Assembly: GCA_963768055.1 (NCBI GenBank)
Contig: CAVYGN010000002.1
Span: 256,001 to 320,000, forward strand
Direction: 5' to 3'
Length of the DNA: 64,000 nucleotides
Origin: an uncultured Spirochaetota bacterium
Lineage (GTDB): Bacteria; Spirochaetota; Brevinematia; Brevinematales; JAOACQ01
In this document: in pieces, positions 8,763 to 18,360 of the stretch
Layout: every line of letters starts with the position of its first letter
Numbering within the stretch: the stretch's first letter is position 1
Made by a program: the position numbers and the translations under genes
The notes under the pieces: model-generated
Seen by the model: the letters and a program-made list of their open reading frames with translations, nothing else
Databases searched by the model: none
Told to the model about the DNA's origin: nothing

Positions 8763-10136
8763 ATGGCTGTAAAGACTTTTCGAACCGCCCTGGCGGTTTT
8801 AATATTTTTATTTTCAGCAAGCGCAGTTATCAGGGCGTCTGAACTGGATAAGGAATTTATCACTGCTATCACAAACGGTGACATCAGCCAGGTCAAACAG
8901 CTGCTTAACGGCTGGAGAGATGTGAACGCCAGGGACAGCAAGGGGCTTACGCCACTTATGTACGCTGCAGGGAGGCGCCAGGCTGAAATTGCCAGGCTCC
9001 TCATCGATAAAGGCGCTAACATCAACGCTCAAAGCTCCGGCAACGATACCGTGCTGATATGGGCAGTTCGGGGCGGAGATCCAGGACTTGTGAAGGATCT
9101 CATCGAAAAGGGCGCGGATATAAATGCGAAGAACAAGGGCGGCAGGAACTCGCTCATGATAGCGTCGCTCTGGGGGTACACCGAGATTGCCGGAATCCTT
9201 CTCGATAAAGGGGCGGATATCAACGCCCATGAGAGAGACGGTTTTACGGCCCTTATGCTGGCTTCAACAAACGGCCAGGCTGAAACCGTGAACCTTCTTA
9301 TCGTTAAAGGGGCCGATTTAAACGCCAGGGAAACGGAGGGAAGAACGGCGCTGATGCTTACTTCCATGACCGGCTACACCAATGTTGCCGGCATTCTCTG
9401 CGCTAACGGCGCCGACGCCAAAACGGGCAATAAATACGGGACGACAGCCGTCATGTACGCATCCGTCAACGGACAGAATGAAATAATAAAAATACTCCTT
9501 AAATACGGCGCCGATATAAATGCCAGGGACAACGAGGGCGAAACCCCCGTTATCTTCGCGTCATTCAGCGGACAGACGGAAACCGTAAAACTGCTTCTTG
9601 AAAACGGCGCCGATCCGGGGACAAGGGATAAAAAGGGACAGACAGCCCTTGAAATTGCGAAGGTCAAAAAATATCTCGATATTGCAAAGATCCTGTCCGA
9701 AAAGATTTCTGCGGAAACCGAACAAAATACGATAAGGATTGCCGTTTTCGACCTGGAATCTAAATCGAAGGAAATATCCAAAGACGAGATCGAAACGCTT
9801 TCCGATTATATAAGATCGACTTTTATAAATACAGGCGTTTTTACCGTTGTTTCAAGGGAGGAGCTGGGCAAAACCATTGAAGAGTCAAGGCTTCAGATGA
9901 CCGGGCTGACCGAGGAATCGAATGCAATAAAAGTAGGAAAGATACTTAACGTCAGGAAAACGGTCCTGGGAACTATCGGTAAATTCGGCAAGAATTATAT
10001 CATCAATATAAAGCTCCTCGACCTTGAAACCGGCAAGTACGTTTCCGCCGAATCTATTGAAGCGGCAACAAAAGAAGAGTCTCTGAGGCTTATAAAACAA
10101 AAAGTCACAGAAATGGCGAATAAAGTCGCCGAATAG
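8763..10136 (+). CDS. Secreted ankyrin-repeat protein with C-terminal CsgG/TolB-N-like domain
   Basis: Signal peptide; repeated G.T.L..A...G...V.LL...GADIN units; C-terminal RIAVFDL...FTVVSRE...VGKILNV...GTIGKFG. Confidence 0.85.
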   Translation: MAVKTFRTALAVLIFLFSASAVIRASELDKEFITAITNGDISQVKQLLNGWRDVNARDSKGLTPLMYAAGRRQAEIARLLIDKGANINAQSSGNDTVLIWAVRGGDPGLVKDLIEKGADINAKNKGGRNSLMIASLWGYTEIAGILLDKGADINAHERDGFTALMLASTNGQAETVNLLIVKGADLNARETEGRTALMLTSMTGYTNVAGILCANGADAKTGNKYGTTAVMYASVNGQNEIIKILLKYGADINARDNEGETPVIFASFSGQTETVKLLLENGADPGTRDKKGQTALEIAKVKKYLDIAKILSEKISAETEQNTIRIAVFDLESKSKEISKDEIETLSDYIRSTFINTGVFTVVSREELGKTIEESRLQMTGLTEESNAIKVGKILNVRKTVLGTIGKFGKNYIINIKLLDLETGKYVSAESIEAATKEESLRLIKQKVTEMANKVAE

Positions 10137-10146
10137 GAGTTTATTC

Positions 10147-10692
10147 ATGCTAACAAAAGCCGTCTATGAAAAATTCAAATCAAGGGCGCTCCTGTACCTG
10201 AAAAAAGCCCGCATCGCCGTGACTCCCGCTGAAGCCGGCGAAATAGAAGTGGCCGAGTACAACCTGGGGATGCCCGAAAGCATAGGGCTTGAACTTATAG
10301 TATATGTCAATACCGACCGGTGCTGCGCCAAGGAATTGATACTCTTTCCGGGGCAGACCTGCCCCGAGCACCGCCACCCGCCTATGGAAAACGGCCCCGG
10401 CAAAGAAGAAACTTTCCGCTGCAGGTGGGGCGAGGTTTACCTGTATATAAACGGAGAAGCAGGCAAAAAGATCAAGGCGATACTTCCGGAGGGAAAAGAG
10501 AAATTTTTCACGGCAAGGCATGAGATCGTCCTCAGGCCTGGCAGCCAGTTTACGATCCCCCCCGATACCCTTCACTGGTTTCAGGCCGGTCCTGAAGGGG
10601 CTATTATCTCAGAATTTTCCACGAAAAGCAGGGATTATGCAGACATCTATACAGACCCGGCGATTAACGCGGCAGAGCCGCGTCATATTTAG
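10147..10692 (+). CDS. D-lyxose/D-mannose isomerase family (cupin)
   Basis: CAKEL..FPGQTCPEHRHP, GKEETFR, HWFQAG..GA..SEFST. Confidence 0.9.
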   Translation: MLTKAVYEKFKSRALLYLKKARIAVTPAEAGEIEVAEYNLGMPESIGLELIVYVNTDRCCAKELILFPGQTCPEHRHPPMENGPGKEETFRCRWGEVYLYINGEAGKKIKAILPEGKEKFFTARHEIVLRPGSQFTIPPDTLHWFQAGPEGAIISEFSTKSRDYADIYTDPAINAAEPRHI

Positions 10693-10701
10693 GAAATCCA
10701 G

Positions 10702-11664
10702 ATGTTCGATGTGACATCCCTCGGAGAGATATTGATAGATTTCACTCCCGCAGGAAATTCAAAAAACGGGAACCTGCTGTTCGAAAGAAACCCGGGCGGG
10801 GCGCCGGCCAACATCGCCGTAAGCATCTCAAGGCTCGGCGGAAGCGCTTCCTTTATAGGGAAAGCGGGCGACGATATTTTCGGGCGGTTCCTTAAAAGGA
10901 CGCTCCGTGAAGAGCATGTCGACGATTCCGGCCTTATACTGACTAAAGAATCCGGTACAACCCTGGCGTTCGTCGAACTCAAGGATAACGGCGATAGGGA
11001 TTTCAGTTTCTACAGAAATAACAGCGCCGACACGCTATTAAAACCTTCCGAAGTGAGGTTCGATCTTGTTAAAAATTCCCGTTTTTTTCATTTTGGTTCA
11101 CTGTCTCTAACCAGCAGCAGTTCCAGGAAGGCGACAATGGCCGCTATAAAAACGGCCTTAGCATCCAAGGTGAATATATCTTATGACCCTAACCTCCGTA
11201 AACCCCTATGGAAAAACCTCGATGAAGCGAGAAAATCCATTCTCTCGGTCATGCATTACGCTTCTATTGTAAAAGTTTCCGATGAAGAGCTTTTTTTTAT
11301 TACCGGCGAAAATGATATAGACAAGGGCGCGGAAAATATCATAAAAAGATTCGGTATGCCCATACTCCTCGTAACCAGGGGAAAGCAAGGCGCAAGCTCG
11401 TATTTTTGCGGAAAGGTGATCCGCCGGGACGCTTTTTCAGGCGTAAAAGTCCTTGACACTACCGGGGCCGGCGACGCTTTTTTCGGGGCTTTCCTGTATT
11501 CCATTTTGCATGAAGCCTGCATGGACATACATTATCCCATCGAAGCAGGGGTTGAGCTCTGCATGCGTTTTGCAAGCGCTGCGGCGGCGATCTGCGTGTC
11601 CCGCAAGGGTGCCATACCCTCCCTGCCGGACCGCGGCGAGGTGTTGGCGCTGCTCAATGATTGA
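10702..11664 (+). CDS. PfkB family carbohydrate kinase (fructokinase-like)
   Basis: GEILIDF, PGGAPAN, SYDPNLR, DTTGAGDAF. Confidence 0.9.
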   Translation: MFDVTSLGEILIDFTPAGNSKNGNLLFERNPGGAPANIAVSISRLGGSASFIGKAGDDIFGRFLKRTLREEHVDDSGLILTKESGTTLAFVELKDNGDRDFSFYRNNSADTLLKPSEVRFDLVKNSRFFHFGSLSLTSSSSRKATMAAIKTALASKVNISYDPNLRKPLWKNLDEARKSILSVMHYASIVKVSDEELFFITGENDIDKGAENIIKRFGMPILLVTRGKQGASSYFCGKVIRRDAFSGVKVLDTTGAGDAFFGAFLYSILHEACMDIHYPIEAGVELCMRFASAAAAICVSRKGAIPSLPDRGEVLALLND

Positions 11665-11689
11665 CAATTGCAGGCTTCAAAATTATAAT
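11661..11689 (+). promoter_or_regulatory. Perfect-consensus sigma70 promoter upstream of mgtA
   Basis: TTGACA-N17-TATAAT; the -35 box overlaps the kinase stop codon. Confidence 0.75.
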
Positions 11690-11749
11690 TCTTAGCTTTT
11701 AAGATATAACGAAAACGGACTACAATTTTATTGTTGACGGAGGCTGTTC

Positions 11750-14407
11750 GTGAAGGATGATCGCAAAAACCGTTCAGGAAAAAATGAAGAATATTCAAAA
11801 AAGCTTATTGAAATCTGCCGGTTAAGCGAGGAAGAGGCCCTTAAAAAAATGAAAAGCCGTATTCAGGGCCTTACTTCCGCCGAGGCTGAAGAACGCCTTA
11901 AAACATTCGGCAGTAATATACTCCAGAAAGAAAAAAAGATAAATTTTTTACTTGACCTGATTTTAAGGTTCAAAGACCCTCTTGTAATACTGCTTGTAAT
12001 TATCTGTGTCGCCCTCGCCTGGACCAGCGACCCTGGAGATCCGAGCCCCTACATAGTCGGTGGTATGATATTTATTAGCGTTTTTATCGCTTTTTTCCAG
12101 GAGAGGCGTTCGGGCAGGGCTGTCGAAGCACTGAAAAACATGATAAAGACGAATGTTTTAGTCCTTCGGAACGGCAAGGAGGAAACAGTACCTATAGCAG
12201 AAATTGCAGTCGGCGACATAGTTATCCTTAACGCCGGTTCTATAATCCCCGCCGATGTCAGGGTTATTACGGCAAAGGATTTTTTCTTAAGCCAGTCGGT
12301 CCTCACCGGCGAATCCATGCCCGTAGAGAAATTTTCAATTCCACAATCACAATCCGTTAAAGAGGCTATCGAACTTTCCAACGCCTGTTTCGAGGGCAGT
12401 AATGTGGTAAGCGGTTCAGCAAAGGCTGTAGTAGTCAATACCGGTGCAGGGACCATGCTCGGGGCGGTTTCAGGCGCCCTGGCAGGAGAGAAGGGAGTAA
12501 CCGGTTTTGACAAGGGAGTCCATTCCTTCGTATGGCTGATGATAAGATTCATGGTGGTAATGGTGAGCGCAGTTTTCCTGATCGTCGGCTTTACAAAACA
12601 CAATTGGACGCAGGCTTTTATTTACGGATTAGCGGTCGCAGTCGGCCTTACCCCTGAAATGCTGCCCATGATAGTGACCGTCTGTTTGTCAAAGGGCGCT
12701 ATAGCCATGTCTCATAAGAAGGTTATCATAAAAAAGCTCAAGGCTATCCAGAATTTCGGCGCCATGGATATTCTCTGCACGGACAAGACCGGCACCCTGA
12801 CACAGGACAATATAGTTCTTGAAAAATACGTGGATATTACCAATAAAAAAAGCGACGACGTTATAACATATGCATATATGAACAGCTACTACCAGACCGG
12901 CCTTCGCAACCTCATGGACAGGGCTATCCTTTCACATGAGGACCTTGAAGTGGAAAGGAGCGCGAAGAAGCTCGACGAGATCCCCTTCGATTTCATAAGG
13001 AAAAGGATGTCGGTCATTATCGAATGGGAGGACGCTCCTGTCCTCATCTGCAAGGGGGCGGTGGAGGACGTTTACAACGTCTGTTCCAGCTACCAGGTCG
13101 ACGACGATATATACCCGCTTATAGATATGATCAGGAACGATCTTTTCGATGAATACAGGCATCTTTCGCTTGACGGGTACAGGGTTCTTGCCATAGCATA
13201 CAAGGAATTTCCGAAGGGCAGGGAGAATTATTCGGCCCAGGATGAAAAGAATATGGTCCTTTTAGGTTACGTGGCGTTTTTCGACCCTCCGAAGGATTCC
13301 GCAGCCAGAGCCATCGAGGCCCTTGCAGCCTCAGGCGTTGATGTTAAAATCCTTACGGGGGATAACGAACTTGTCACACAAAAGGTTTGCTGCGATGTAG
13401 GGCTCCAGATTAGAAATATCGTTACCGGCCCGGCACTTTCAGGAATGGACGAAAAGGCGTTTAAAGAAGCCGTAACCGATGGAAATGTTTTCGCAAGACT
13501 TTCCCCGGCCCAGAAAGAGAAGATCATAAAAGTCCTTCGCGGTATGAACCACATTGTGGGCTTCATGGGGGACGGGATCAACGATGCGCCGGCTATGAAA
13601 GCCGCCGATGTAGGCATTTCAGTGGATACGGCGGTGGATATAGCCAAGGAATCTGCCGATATAATCCTGCTCGAAAAAAGCCTGATGATCCTGGAAGAGG
13701 GGATTAAAGAGGGCCGCAAGGTCTTCGCAAATATTATCAAGTATATAAAAATGGGAGCCAGTTCCAACTTCGGCAACATGTTCAGCCAGGTCGGGGGCAG
13801 CTATTTCCTCCCCTTCATACCTATGGAACCTATTCAGCTGCTGACGAATAATTTTATGTACGACATTTCCCAGACAGGGATCCCCCTTGACAATGTAGAC
13901 GATGAATTCGTTAAAAAACCTCAGAAATGGGATATTTCATTCATAAGCAAATTCATGCTGTTCGTCGGCCCTACGAGTTCCTTTTTCGATTATGCAACAT
14001 GGTTTTTGATGCTCTATTTCTTTAACTGCGCGCTTTTCACGGTCATTCCCTACGAACAGCTTTACCATTCAGGGGGTTTGCCCGATATTAACTCATATTA
14101 CGTTAAAGTTTTTCATTCGGCCTGGTTCGTTGAATCGATACTTACCCAGACACTGGTCGTTCATTTCCTGCGGACGAACAGGATACCTTTTTTCCAGAGC
14201 AGGGCAAGCTTTACACTTACAATAACTACCCTCGCCGTGGTCGCCGCCGGCATATGCCTGCCTTATTCCCCTATCGCATCAGTATTCGGGCTTGTTCCAC
14301 TGCCCCCGCTATTCTGGCTCTGGATAGCAGGCTTCATGTTCCTTTACGCCATACTGGTCCACACGATAAAAACCTGGTTCAATAAAAGATTCGGAGCGAA
14401 AGCATGA
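11750..14407 (+). CDS. mgtA: Magnesium-translocating P-type ATPase
   Basis: LTGES, GLTPEMLP, DKTGTLT, GDGINDAP, KMGASSNFGN, YDISQ motifs typical of the MgtA/B subfamily. Confidence 0.9.
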   Translation: MKDDRKNRSGKNEEYSKKLIEICRLSEEEALKKMKSRIQGLTSAEAEERLKTFGSNILQKEKKINFLLDLILRFKDPLVILLVIICVALAWTSDPGDPSPYIVGGMIFISVFIAFFQERRSGRAVEALKNMIKTNVLVLRNGKEETVPIAEIAVGDIVILNAGSIIPADVRVITAKDFFLSQSVLTGESMPVEKFSIPQSQSVKEAIELSNACFEGSNVVSGSAKAVVVNTGAGTMLGAVSGALAGEKGVTGFDKGVHSFVWLMIRFMVVMVSAVFLIVGFTKHNWTQAFIYGLAVAVGLTPEMLPMIVTVCLSKGAIAMSHKKVIIKKLKAIQNFGAMDILCTDKTGTLTQDNIVLEKYVDITNKKSDDVITYAYMNSYYQTGLRNLMDRAILSHEDLEVERSAKKLDEIPFDFIRKRMSVIIEWEDAPVLICKGAVEDVYNVCSSYQVDDDIYPLIDMIRNDLFDEYRHLSLDGYRVLAIAYKEFPKGRENYSAQDEKNMVLLGYVAFFDPPKDSAARAIEALAASGVDVKILTGDNELVTQKVCCDVGLQIRNIVTGPALSGMDEKAFKEAVTDGNVFARLSPAQKEKIIKVLRGMNHIVGFMGDGINDAPAMKAADVGISVDTAVDIAKESADIILLEKSLMILEEGIKEGRKVFANIIKYIKMGASSNFGNMFSQVGGSYFLPFIPMEPIQLLTNNFMYDISQTGIPLDNVDDEFVKKPQKWDISFISKFMLFVGPTSSFFDYATWFLMLYFFNCALFTVIPYEQLYHSGGLPDINSYYVKVFHSAWFVESILTQTLVVHFLRTNRIPFFQSRASFTLTITTLAVVAAGICLPYSPIASVFGLVPLPPLFWLWIAGFMFLYAILVHTIKTWFNKRFGAKA

Positions 14408-15195
14408 AAAGTCTATTAAACGCTTTACAGGAAGGCAGGCTTGTCGAACTTCCCGTGAACGAAAAGGATAAGGCCCTCGAGTACCTCGCTATCCTTATAG
14501 AGGCCATACCCGACATCGGAAGCGGTCAGGATCTGGTCGGGGATGTTAAAAAAAGGGAAGCGGGTTTTAACTCCGGGATAGGAATGGGGATAGCATGCCC
14601 TCACATCAGGACGGCACAGAAGGGCGAAATGTTATGCGCTGTGGGCTGGTCGCCAAAGGGAATAGATTACGGTTCAGCGGATGGTAAACCTGTCCACCTT
14701 GTGATAATGTATTATATACCGGATTCTGAAAAGAACGAATACCTGAAAGAGGTATCGGGGCTTGCCAAGGCAGTAAGTTCAAGCCCCGGAATAGAAATGT
14801 TCGCAAGTATGACCGAAGTTTCAGACATCAGGAATATGCTCCTGGACTGGGTGGAACTTGCGTTCGATAAAGCTGTCCCGGACTCGAAAGCAAGGATGAT
14901 CAAGCTTGAGGAAAAGAGCGCTGCAGCCGCGAAAGTCACTTCAGCGGAGGAATTAAAAAAGACCGGTTTCGATGTTAATTCTTTTTCCGTTGTTTTATTC
15001 GAGACCTCAAAAAGCCTTGTTTTATCGGGAAATCCTGAAATCGTCAATATCTTCGAATCTTCGGCGGAAGCCCGGAAATTGCTCGAAGAAAGTACGGATT
15101 TTGAATTCAAGGATTACAGGATATCGGTCCTTTCAAAGGTAAATTACCCGAAAAACCGGGCCCTGTTGAATTGTGTCGGGATAAAATTCAAGTAA
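14404..15195 (+). CDS. PTS EIIA (Ntr/fructose-type) domain protein with C-terminal extension
   Basis: RE...SGIGMGIACPH phospho-His motif; GIDYGSADGKPVHLV; 4-bp overlap with mgtA. Confidence 0.8.
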   Translation: MKSLLNALQEGRLVELPVNEKDKALEYLAILIEAIPDIGSGQDLVGDVKKREAGFNSGIGMGIACPHIRTAQKGEMLCAVGWSPKGIDYGSADGKPVHLVIMYYIPDSEKNEYLKEVSGLAKAVSSSPGIEMFASMTEVSDIRNMLLDWVELAFDKAVPDSKARMIKLEEKSAAAAKVTSAEELKKTGFDVNSFSVVLFETSKSLVLSGNPEIVNIFESSAEARKLLEESTDFEFKDYRISVLSKVNYPKNRALLNCVGIKFK

Positions 15196-15202
15196 GAAAT
15201 GA

Positions 15203-15811
15203 TCAGACTTCCTCATCGGGACTGTTAAGCTTATCCTTTCCGTTCCCGTCAGGGGGTTTTACTACGGGAACTTCGACTACGACCGAACCGCTGAAGAAAT
15301 CATGGATACGCTGCTGATAGACCGGGTTGAAAACAACGATCTGAAGGATATAAAAAGCCATTTCCGTAAGGTAAATGATGACATAACGCACGATCCCCTG
15401 CAGGATCGATAATCTTTTCCTTTGAAGATTCATAACAAAGATCTTCATGATCCTTCCGCCGATAGTCTGGCCGCTTGCCCTCCAGGAAAGTGCAAAATAA
15501 GAGGTCTCGATTACCAGCCTGGCAATAATAAACTGGAAAATGTGTGAATTGACAAAATAATTAATCGACTGCGTCAGGGTATCCAGCGAACCGTCGGTAA
15601 GTTTGGATAAATCTTTACCCGCCGCAGAGTTCATGATCAGGAAAAGCTCCCTGTGATAGACCGTCATTATGAAAATAAAGAGGATCAAAAATAATATAGC
15701 CCTATCGATTATATAAGACAGCACCCTTTTCCAGGGCGGGGCAAACCTTAGCGCTATGGGAGGGGTGTTTTCCGCCGCTGCGCTGGTTTCTTCCTGTCCG
15801 TTTATTTTCAT
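15203..15811 (-). CDS. RDD family membrane protein
   Basis: APPWKRVLSYIID, GQTIGGRIMKI, QRIHDFFSGSVVV. Confidence 0.85.
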   Translation of the reverse strand: MKINGQEETSAAAENTPPIALRFAPPWKRVLSYIIDRAILFLILFIFIMTVYHRELFLIMNSAAGKDLSKLTDGSLDTLTQSINYFVNSHIFQFIIARLVIETSYFALSWRASGQTIGGRIMKIFVMNLQRKRLSILQGIVRYVIIYLTEMAFYILQIVVFNPVYQQRIHDFFSGSVVVEVPVVKPPDGNGKDKLNSPDEEV

Positions 15812-15814
15812 AAT

Positions 15815-16705
15815 TTACACTATCTCCGCTATCACTTTGAAAAGTTTTTTATATTTTTCATGCGTTTTCTCAATAATATCAGCCGGAAGCTGAGGGGGCG
15901 GGGGTTTTCTGTCCCACCCGATGGAGTTAAGATAGTCCCTTACAAACTGCTTGTCGTAACTTTTGGGGCTTGAACCGGTTTTATAACTTGAGCTGTCCCA
16001 ATAACGCGACGAATCCGGGGTCAGCACCTCGTCGACCAATATGATATTTCCTATTTCGTCCAGACCGAATTCAAATTTCGTATCCGCAAGGATTATACCC
16101 TCTTTTTCCATAATTGAATGAGCCTCTGTATATATTCTGATCGAATATTCTACGATCCGGTCTGCAACTTTTTTATCTACGGCCGAGCACATTTCACTGT
16201 ATGTGATGTTACGGTCATGCCCTTCCGACTCCTTGGTAGAGGGTGTAAAAATTGGATCGGTCAGTTTCTCCGCGAGTTCTATACCCTTTTTCAGCGTTAT
16301 CCCGCCGGCAGTCCCGTTTTTTTTATACTCTTCGTAAACACTCCCGAAAAGATAGCCCCGCACTACACATTCTATAGGAAGACGGTTTACTCTTTTAACA
16401 AGCACCGAACGAAGAGAAAGCCCTTCGTAATTGTCAAGAAAAGCCAATTCCCCGGCCGGTTCGGTCGATAGAATGTGGTTCGGAATGAATTTCATCCTGT
16501 TAAACCATTTGTTGGATATTGCATTCAGGATCAGGCCCTTTTGCGGAACGCCTTCATCGAAAACCACGTCAAACGCCGAAATCCTGTCCGTAGTAACAAT
16601 CAGCCATTTGTCCCGCGTAACCTCGTATATATCGCGGACCTTGCCGCTGAACAGTTTTTTAAGCTCTTTGATGCGGGTCTGCGTGACGGCTTTTTCCATC
16701 AGCAT
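15815..16705 (-). CDS. purC: Phosphoribosylaminoimidazole-succinocarboxamide synthase
   Basis: GKVRDIY, TDRISAFD, ECVVRGY, ADTKFEFG, DEVLTPDSSR, DKQFVR. Confidence 0.95.
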   Translation of the reverse strand: MLMEKAVTQTRIKELKKLFSGKVRDIYEVTRDKWLIVTTDRISAFDVVFDEGVPQKGLILNAISNKWFNRMKFIPNHILSTEPAGELAFLDNYEGLSLRSVLVKRVNRLPIECVVRGYLFGSVYEEYKKNGTAGGITLKKGIELAEKLTDPIFTPSTKESEGHDRNITYSEMCSAVDKKVADRIVEYSIRIYTEAHSIMEKEGIILADTKFEFGLDEIGNIILVDEVLTPDSSRYWDSSSYKTGSSPKSYDKQFVRDYLNSIGWDRKPPPPQLPADIIEKTHEKYKKLFKVIAEIV

Positions 16706-16723
16706 TTACTCCTAATAATAAGA

Positions 16724-16747
16724 ATCGCCCTGCTTTCGCAAGGCGAT
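16724..16747 (-). terminator. Hairpin downstream of ilvC, probable intrinsic terminator
   Basis: ATCGCCTTGC-GAAA-GCAGGGCGAT followed by TCTTATTATT. Confidence 0.5.
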
Positions 16748-16760
16748 CTTTATAAACAAA

Positions 16761-17861
16761 TTAATCTTCGCCCCTTCCGGAAATCCCTTTCGTATTCGAA
16801 TCTATCTTTTTGACAGGTTCCTTCGGCCTCAGGCTCCTGACAGCCGCGCCTGCCCGCCACATCTCGGAATTCTTTATTGTCATAAGTTCTTCATTTAATT
16901 TTTTCTGATAATCGGGCTTGCTACATTCTTTGATCACCCTTGCTGTCTCGACGCCGGCTTTTACGCTCTTGTAAAGATTCTTGAACGTAGGCAGAACTGC
17001 AGCCTTAAAACGGGGTTTCCAATCGAGCGCGCCCCTCTGGGCTGTAGCGGAACAGTTGGAGTACATCCAGTCCATTCCATTCTCGTCGACCAGGCGGATA
17101 AGGCTCTGGGTCAGTTCCTCGACGGTCTCATTGAATGCTTCACTGGGTGTATGGCCGTTTTCTCTTAACACCTGGTATTGCGCTTCCATTATTCCTGCAA
17201 GAGCGCCCATTAATACTCCCCGCTCGCCCGTCAGGTCGCTGAAAACTTCCTGCTCGAAGGTGGTTGGGAAAAGGTAGCCGGAACCGATTGCAATACCGAC
17301 AGCTATGCACCTCTCGTTAGCTTTTTTAGTATAATCCTGGGCTACGGCGTAACTTGAATTAATTCCTGCTCCTGAAAGGAAATTCCTTCGCACCGAAGTG
17401 CCGGAACCCTTGGGCGCTACCATAATGACATCGACGTCTGCAGGCGGTATGACATCGGTCTGATTTTTATAAACGATTGAGAATCCATGTGAAAAATAAA
17501 TGGCATTACCAGGCTTAAGATGCTTTTTAACCATGGGCCATATCTGCCTCTGCGCCGCATCGCTTACAAGCATCATAACGATAGTACCCTTTTCAGCCGC
17601 TTCATCAAGTTCGAAGAGGTCCTTTCCCGGCACCCAGCCGTCCTTCACGGCCCTGTCCCAGTCCCTGGCGAACTGCTTGGACTGCCCTACTATAACGTTA
17701 AGCCCGTTGTCCTTCATATTTAAACCCTGCGCGGGGCCCTGAACCCCGTAACCTAAAATAGCAATAACCTCGTCTTTTAACACTTCTCTCGCTCTTGACA
17801 AGGGAAATTCGTCACGTGTAACAACGTCTTCCATTGTTCCGCCAAAATCGATCCGGGCCAT
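16761..17861 (-). CDS. ilvC: Ketol-acid reductoisomerase
   Basis: ILGYGVQGPAQ, FSHGF, VAPKGSG, SDLTGERGVLMG; start moved to the RBS-supported ATG. Confidence 0.95.
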   Translation of the reverse strand: MARIDFGGTMEDVVTRDEFPLSRAREVLKDEVIAILGYGVQGPAQGLNMKDNGLNVIVGQSKQFARDWDRAVKDGWVPGKDLFELDEAAEKGTIVMMLVSDAAQRQIWPMVKKHLKPGNAIYFSHGFSIVYKNQTDVIPPADVDVIMVAPKGSGTSVRRNFLSGAGINSSYAVAQDYTKKANERCIAVGIAIGSGYLFPTTFEQEVFSDLTGERGVLMGALAGIMEAQYQVLRENGHTPSEAFNETVEELTQSLIRLVDENGMDWMYSNCSATAQRGALDWKPRFKAAVLPTFKNLYKSVKAGVETARVIKECSKPDYQKKLNEELMTIKNSEMWRAGAAVRSLRPKEPVKKIDSNTKGISGRGED

Positions 17862-17996
17862 AATACCCTCCTTTTTTATTATTTCAATTGCCTGCAATGT
17901 TGGGGTTTATTATATTACCGGCAGACATAAAAATCAATTTTTCCGAGGACTCGTGAAGTCGAAAAGGGCCGAATCAATCAATATGATAATCTCTTT

Positions 17997-18079
17997 ATGA
18001 AGTAAATTTTTCCCGCGCAGGATTCGATAGCGCTTGTGCTGAAAGCATGAGCCGCTAAGGCTCAAAACAACTACAAGCG
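17997..18079 (+). mobile_element. Truncated copy of MITE family A
   Basis: ATGAAGTAAATTTTT...GAGCCG..GCTCAAAACAACTACAAGCG aligns by eye with 60843-60910. Confidence 0.55.
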
Positions 18080-18086
18080 CTGACGG

Positions 18087-18360
18087 GGGCCGTTCAAACA
18101 ACAATTTTCTGGATGAAGTCAATTTTTATCTCGCATTTATAAAGAAAATGTAGAACTGCCATCGAAAAAAGGCGAAAGCAAGCACTTATCCAAGCAGCTC
18201 ATAGTATTATATCTACTCAATATATGAATATAAAAATTTCTTTATTAAAAAAGTATTCCATCCGTGCTTGCAGCCTTTTTGAGATGATGCAGTTCAAATT
18301 TTCGAATACCGCGAAATAAAAATTGACTCCATGCAAAGCCGGATGTTGTTTGAACTGCCC
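18087..18360. mobile_element. MITE-like element, family A (about 275 bp)
   Basis: Long imperfect terminal inverted repeats GGGC(C/A)GTTCAAACAACA...ATG(A/G)AGTCAATTTTTAT(C/T)TCGC; inverted homolog at 60814-61105. Confidence 0.75.
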
